Below, one piece after another: positions 39,864 through 41,750 of a stretch of 41,750 bases of DNA; position 1 is the first letter of the stretch; every line of letters begins with the position of its first letter. The stretch spans positions 1 to 41,750 of the forward strand of contig CBFGSN010000001.1 in the NCBI GenBank assembly GCA_965651435.1, given 5' to 3'. Position numbers and translations under genes: made by a program. Source of the DNA: an uncultured bacterium. Its GTDB lineage: Bacteria; Acidobacteriota; Blastocatellia; Pyrinomonadales; Pyrinomonadaceae. The notes beneath the pieces were generated by a model. That model did not search any database. It had not been told where the DNA came from and saw nothing but the letters and a program-made list of their open reading frames with translations.

Positions 39864-41750
39864 ATGTTTAAACTCCAACGCCTAGAGATCACAGGGTTCA
39901 AATCTTTTGCCGATCATACAGAGATCGTATTTACCGGCAGCGGCATAACTGGCGTCGTCGGCCCGAACGGCTGCGGCAAATCCAACGTGTCGGACGCCAT
40001 CTCGTGGGTGCTTGGCGAACAGCGCGCGAAATCGCTGCGCGGTGCGGAGATGAAGGACGTCGTTTTCCAGGGTTCGCGTAACCGTCAGCCCGCCGGAATG
40101 GCCGAGGTTATCCTTCACCTTGTTCGCGATGAAAATTTTGTTCCGAGCGATGAATCGGACCTCGAGGACATTGACCGAGCGCTTAGCGACATCGACGAAA
40201 ACAGCGTCGATATGGACGCGATCGAAGGCGTCGAAGAAGAATCCGACGACGATGCGCTCGCCGCGGAAATAGTCGAACTTGCCGAAGGTGACGAAACCGA
40301 GGTCGAAAAGGTTCAGGCGGCTCAGGTCGGTTCTGTTCAGACCGTAGAAAAAACCATCAAAACAAAACGGCATTGGCGGCCGCGTACGTTTGCTCTCGAT
40401 TTTGCTCCGGGCGAGGCAGTTTCCGTTACGCGCCGCCTTTATCTTTCGGGTGAAAGCGAATATCAGCTGAACGGAAAAACGTGCCGGCTTCGCGACATTC
40501 AGGACCTGTTTGCGGGCACGGGCCTTTCGGGAGCGCATTACGCGATCATCGAACAGGGACGCATCGGCCAGATACTTTCCGCAAAGCCTTCGGACCGCCG
40601 CAGCCTGATCGAAGAAGCCGCCGGCATATCTAAATTCAGAACGCGTCAGCGGGCGGCCGAAGCCCGGCTTGACGGAGCACGCTCAAATCTCAGCCGCATT
40701 ACGGACATCGTAACCGAGGTCGAAAAACAGGCGAATTCGCTTCGCCGGCAGGCATCGAAAACGCGGCGCTATATGGTTCTGCAGGACGAATTCAAGGTTC
40801 TTCTGCGAAAGACGTTCGCGGCCGAAGGCGCGTTCTATACGACACATATCGATGCCTTAAAACAGCAGTTGGAGGCAGCGGTCGCCGCCGAACGCGAGAT
40901 GGCCGAAAAAGTTACCGCGAGCGAGGAGAATTCACGCGAAGCAACGCGTGCCGCGCGGCTTGCGGAAGAAGCACTTGCCGCGATCCGAAGCAAACATTCG
41001 GAGAATGCTCTTCGCCGCGACCGTTCGGAACGCGAGCTTCGGTACCAATCGGAACAGATACAAAGCCTGACGACGCGTTTGGAAACGCTCGCCGGTGATG
41101 TTCACGCGGCCGAAGTTCGGCTGAAAATGGCGGTTGAAGAGATCGAACGGCTGAAACAGGCTGAAGCGAAAGAGATCGCACAGGCAGAAAAGGCGGAACA
41201 GGAGCTTCGCGACGCCGAAGCGATCTATACAGAGAAAGTATTTGCCGCCAAAAAGATCGAGGACGAACTCGAAACGCGCCGCGGCGAGCTTCTGAAACAC
41301 ACGGCGGCCGTCGAACGTTTCGGCGAGATAGACCGTCAGCTGAAACTGAACCTGGACCGGCTTTCGGAACGGCTCGAAGGTCTGAAACGCGAAAAGATCC
41401 GCGCGGATCAAACGCTGAAAGATCACATTGCGGATCTGGAGCGCACGCGCGAAGAGATAACGGCCGAACAGGAAAAACTTCGATCGTTCCAAACGGAACG
41501 CACCGAGATCGCCGCCGCGGCAGAAGGTGCCCGTGCCGAATTGCAGCAGGCGGAGAACGACCTTCGTTCGCTTCAATCCGAACAACAGCGCGTAAAAAAT
41601 CGGCTGGAAACGTTGAACGAACTGAACGAAAAACGCGCGGTTTTCGCGCCGCAGGTGCAGAAACTTTTTGCTGCAAAGGACGCGATCGGCGTTTCACCCG
41701 TCGGCGTTCTGGCGGATTATCTGGCGGTTGACGAATCCGCTGAAAAAGCC
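39864..41750 (+). CDS. smc: Chromosome partition protein SMC (N-terminal head and coiled coil; runs off the right edge)
   Basis: Not in the track because there is no stop in the window. Hand translation gives MFKLQRLEITGFKSFADHTEIVFTGSGITGVVGPNGCGKSNVSDAISWVLGEQRAKSLRG (Walker A), then VSVTRRLYLSGESEYQLNG, IIEQGRIGQILSAKP and a long coiled coil. Minus-strand ORFs 39882..40538, 40912..41697 and 40932..41585 are antisense shadows. Confidence 0.92.
   Translation, partial: MFKLQRLEITGFKSFADHTEIVFTGSGITGVVGPNGCGKSNVSDAISWVLGEQRAKSLRGAEMKDVVFQGSRNRQPAGMAEVILHLVRDENFVPSDESDLEDIDRALSDIDENSVDMDAIEGVEEESDDDALAAEIVELAEGDETEVEKVQAAQVGSVQTVEKTIKTKRHWRPRTFALDFAPGEAVSVTRRLYLSGESEYQLNGKTCRLRDIQDLFAGTGLSGAHYAIIEQGRIGQILSAKPSDRRSLIEEAAGISKFRTRQRAAEARLDGARSNLSRITDIVTEVEKQANSLRRQASKTRRYMVLQDEFKVLLRKTFAAEGAFYTTHIDALKQQLEAAVAAEREMAEKVTASEENSREATRAARLAEEALAAIRSKHSENALRRDRSERELRYQSEQIQSLTTRLETLAGDVHAAEVRLKMAVEEIERLKQAEAKEIAQAEKAEQELRDAEAIYTEKVFAAKKIEDELETRRGELLKHTAAVERFGEIDRQLKLNLDRLSERLEGLKREKIRADQTLKDHIADLERTREEITAEQEKLRSFQTERTEIAAAAEGARAELQQAENDLRSLQSEQQRVKNRLETLNELNEKRAVFAPQVQKLFAAKDAIGVSPVGVLADYLAVDESAEKA

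Noticed and set aside
39882-41697. Minus-strand ORFs 39882..40538, 40912..41697 and 40932..41585
   Set aside because: All are antisense to the smc coiled-coil region. The repetitive Glu/Arg/Leu codons of coiled coils generate long open antisense frames.

Overview
This 41.75-kb window looks like chromosomal DNA from a diderm bacterium. It encodes LpxI, a PagL-like deacylase, MurJ, PBP4, a GH92 mannosidase and S46/M28/S8 peptidases. That gene mix has an Acidobacteriota-like flavour, but I cannot prove the taxon from sequence alone. I support about 45 CDS, most of them housekeeping. Conserved blocks are miaA-hfq-tmk-holB, dxr-rseP-ispG, hisS, lipA, sodA, rsmI and smc. Two truncated edge genes are missing from the ORF track: an S46 peptidase (complement <1..2066) and smc (39864..>41750). 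I found no rRNA, tRNA, CRISPR array, transposase or integrase. All product calls come from motifs I recognise by eye; no searches were run. I see no clear-cut novel system. The best candidates are: (1) an AT-rich islet at 10.3-12.7 kb, where two diverged ParE/RelE-antitoxin pairs bracket an orphan secreted protein, and both antitoxin genes carry a TATAAT box 5-6 nt before the ATG; (2) a translationally coupled module at 33.3-35.6 kb made of a TPR plus tandem-retropepsin protein, a PIN-like protein and a 67-aa ORF; (3) two unusually long, repeat-laden intergenic gaps. The gap at 3323-3743 holds a GAATC/GATTC array. The gap at 13677-14206 holds a 25-bp x3 tandem repeat, a GATC cluster, and a 12-nt periodic TGGACA repeat that also reads as a 44-aa Trp/Thr-striped small ORF. 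A short CAGTTTTTAGCTGT-type motif family also recurs in several intergenic spacers. Many long ORFs in the track are antisense shadows of real genes and were rejected.
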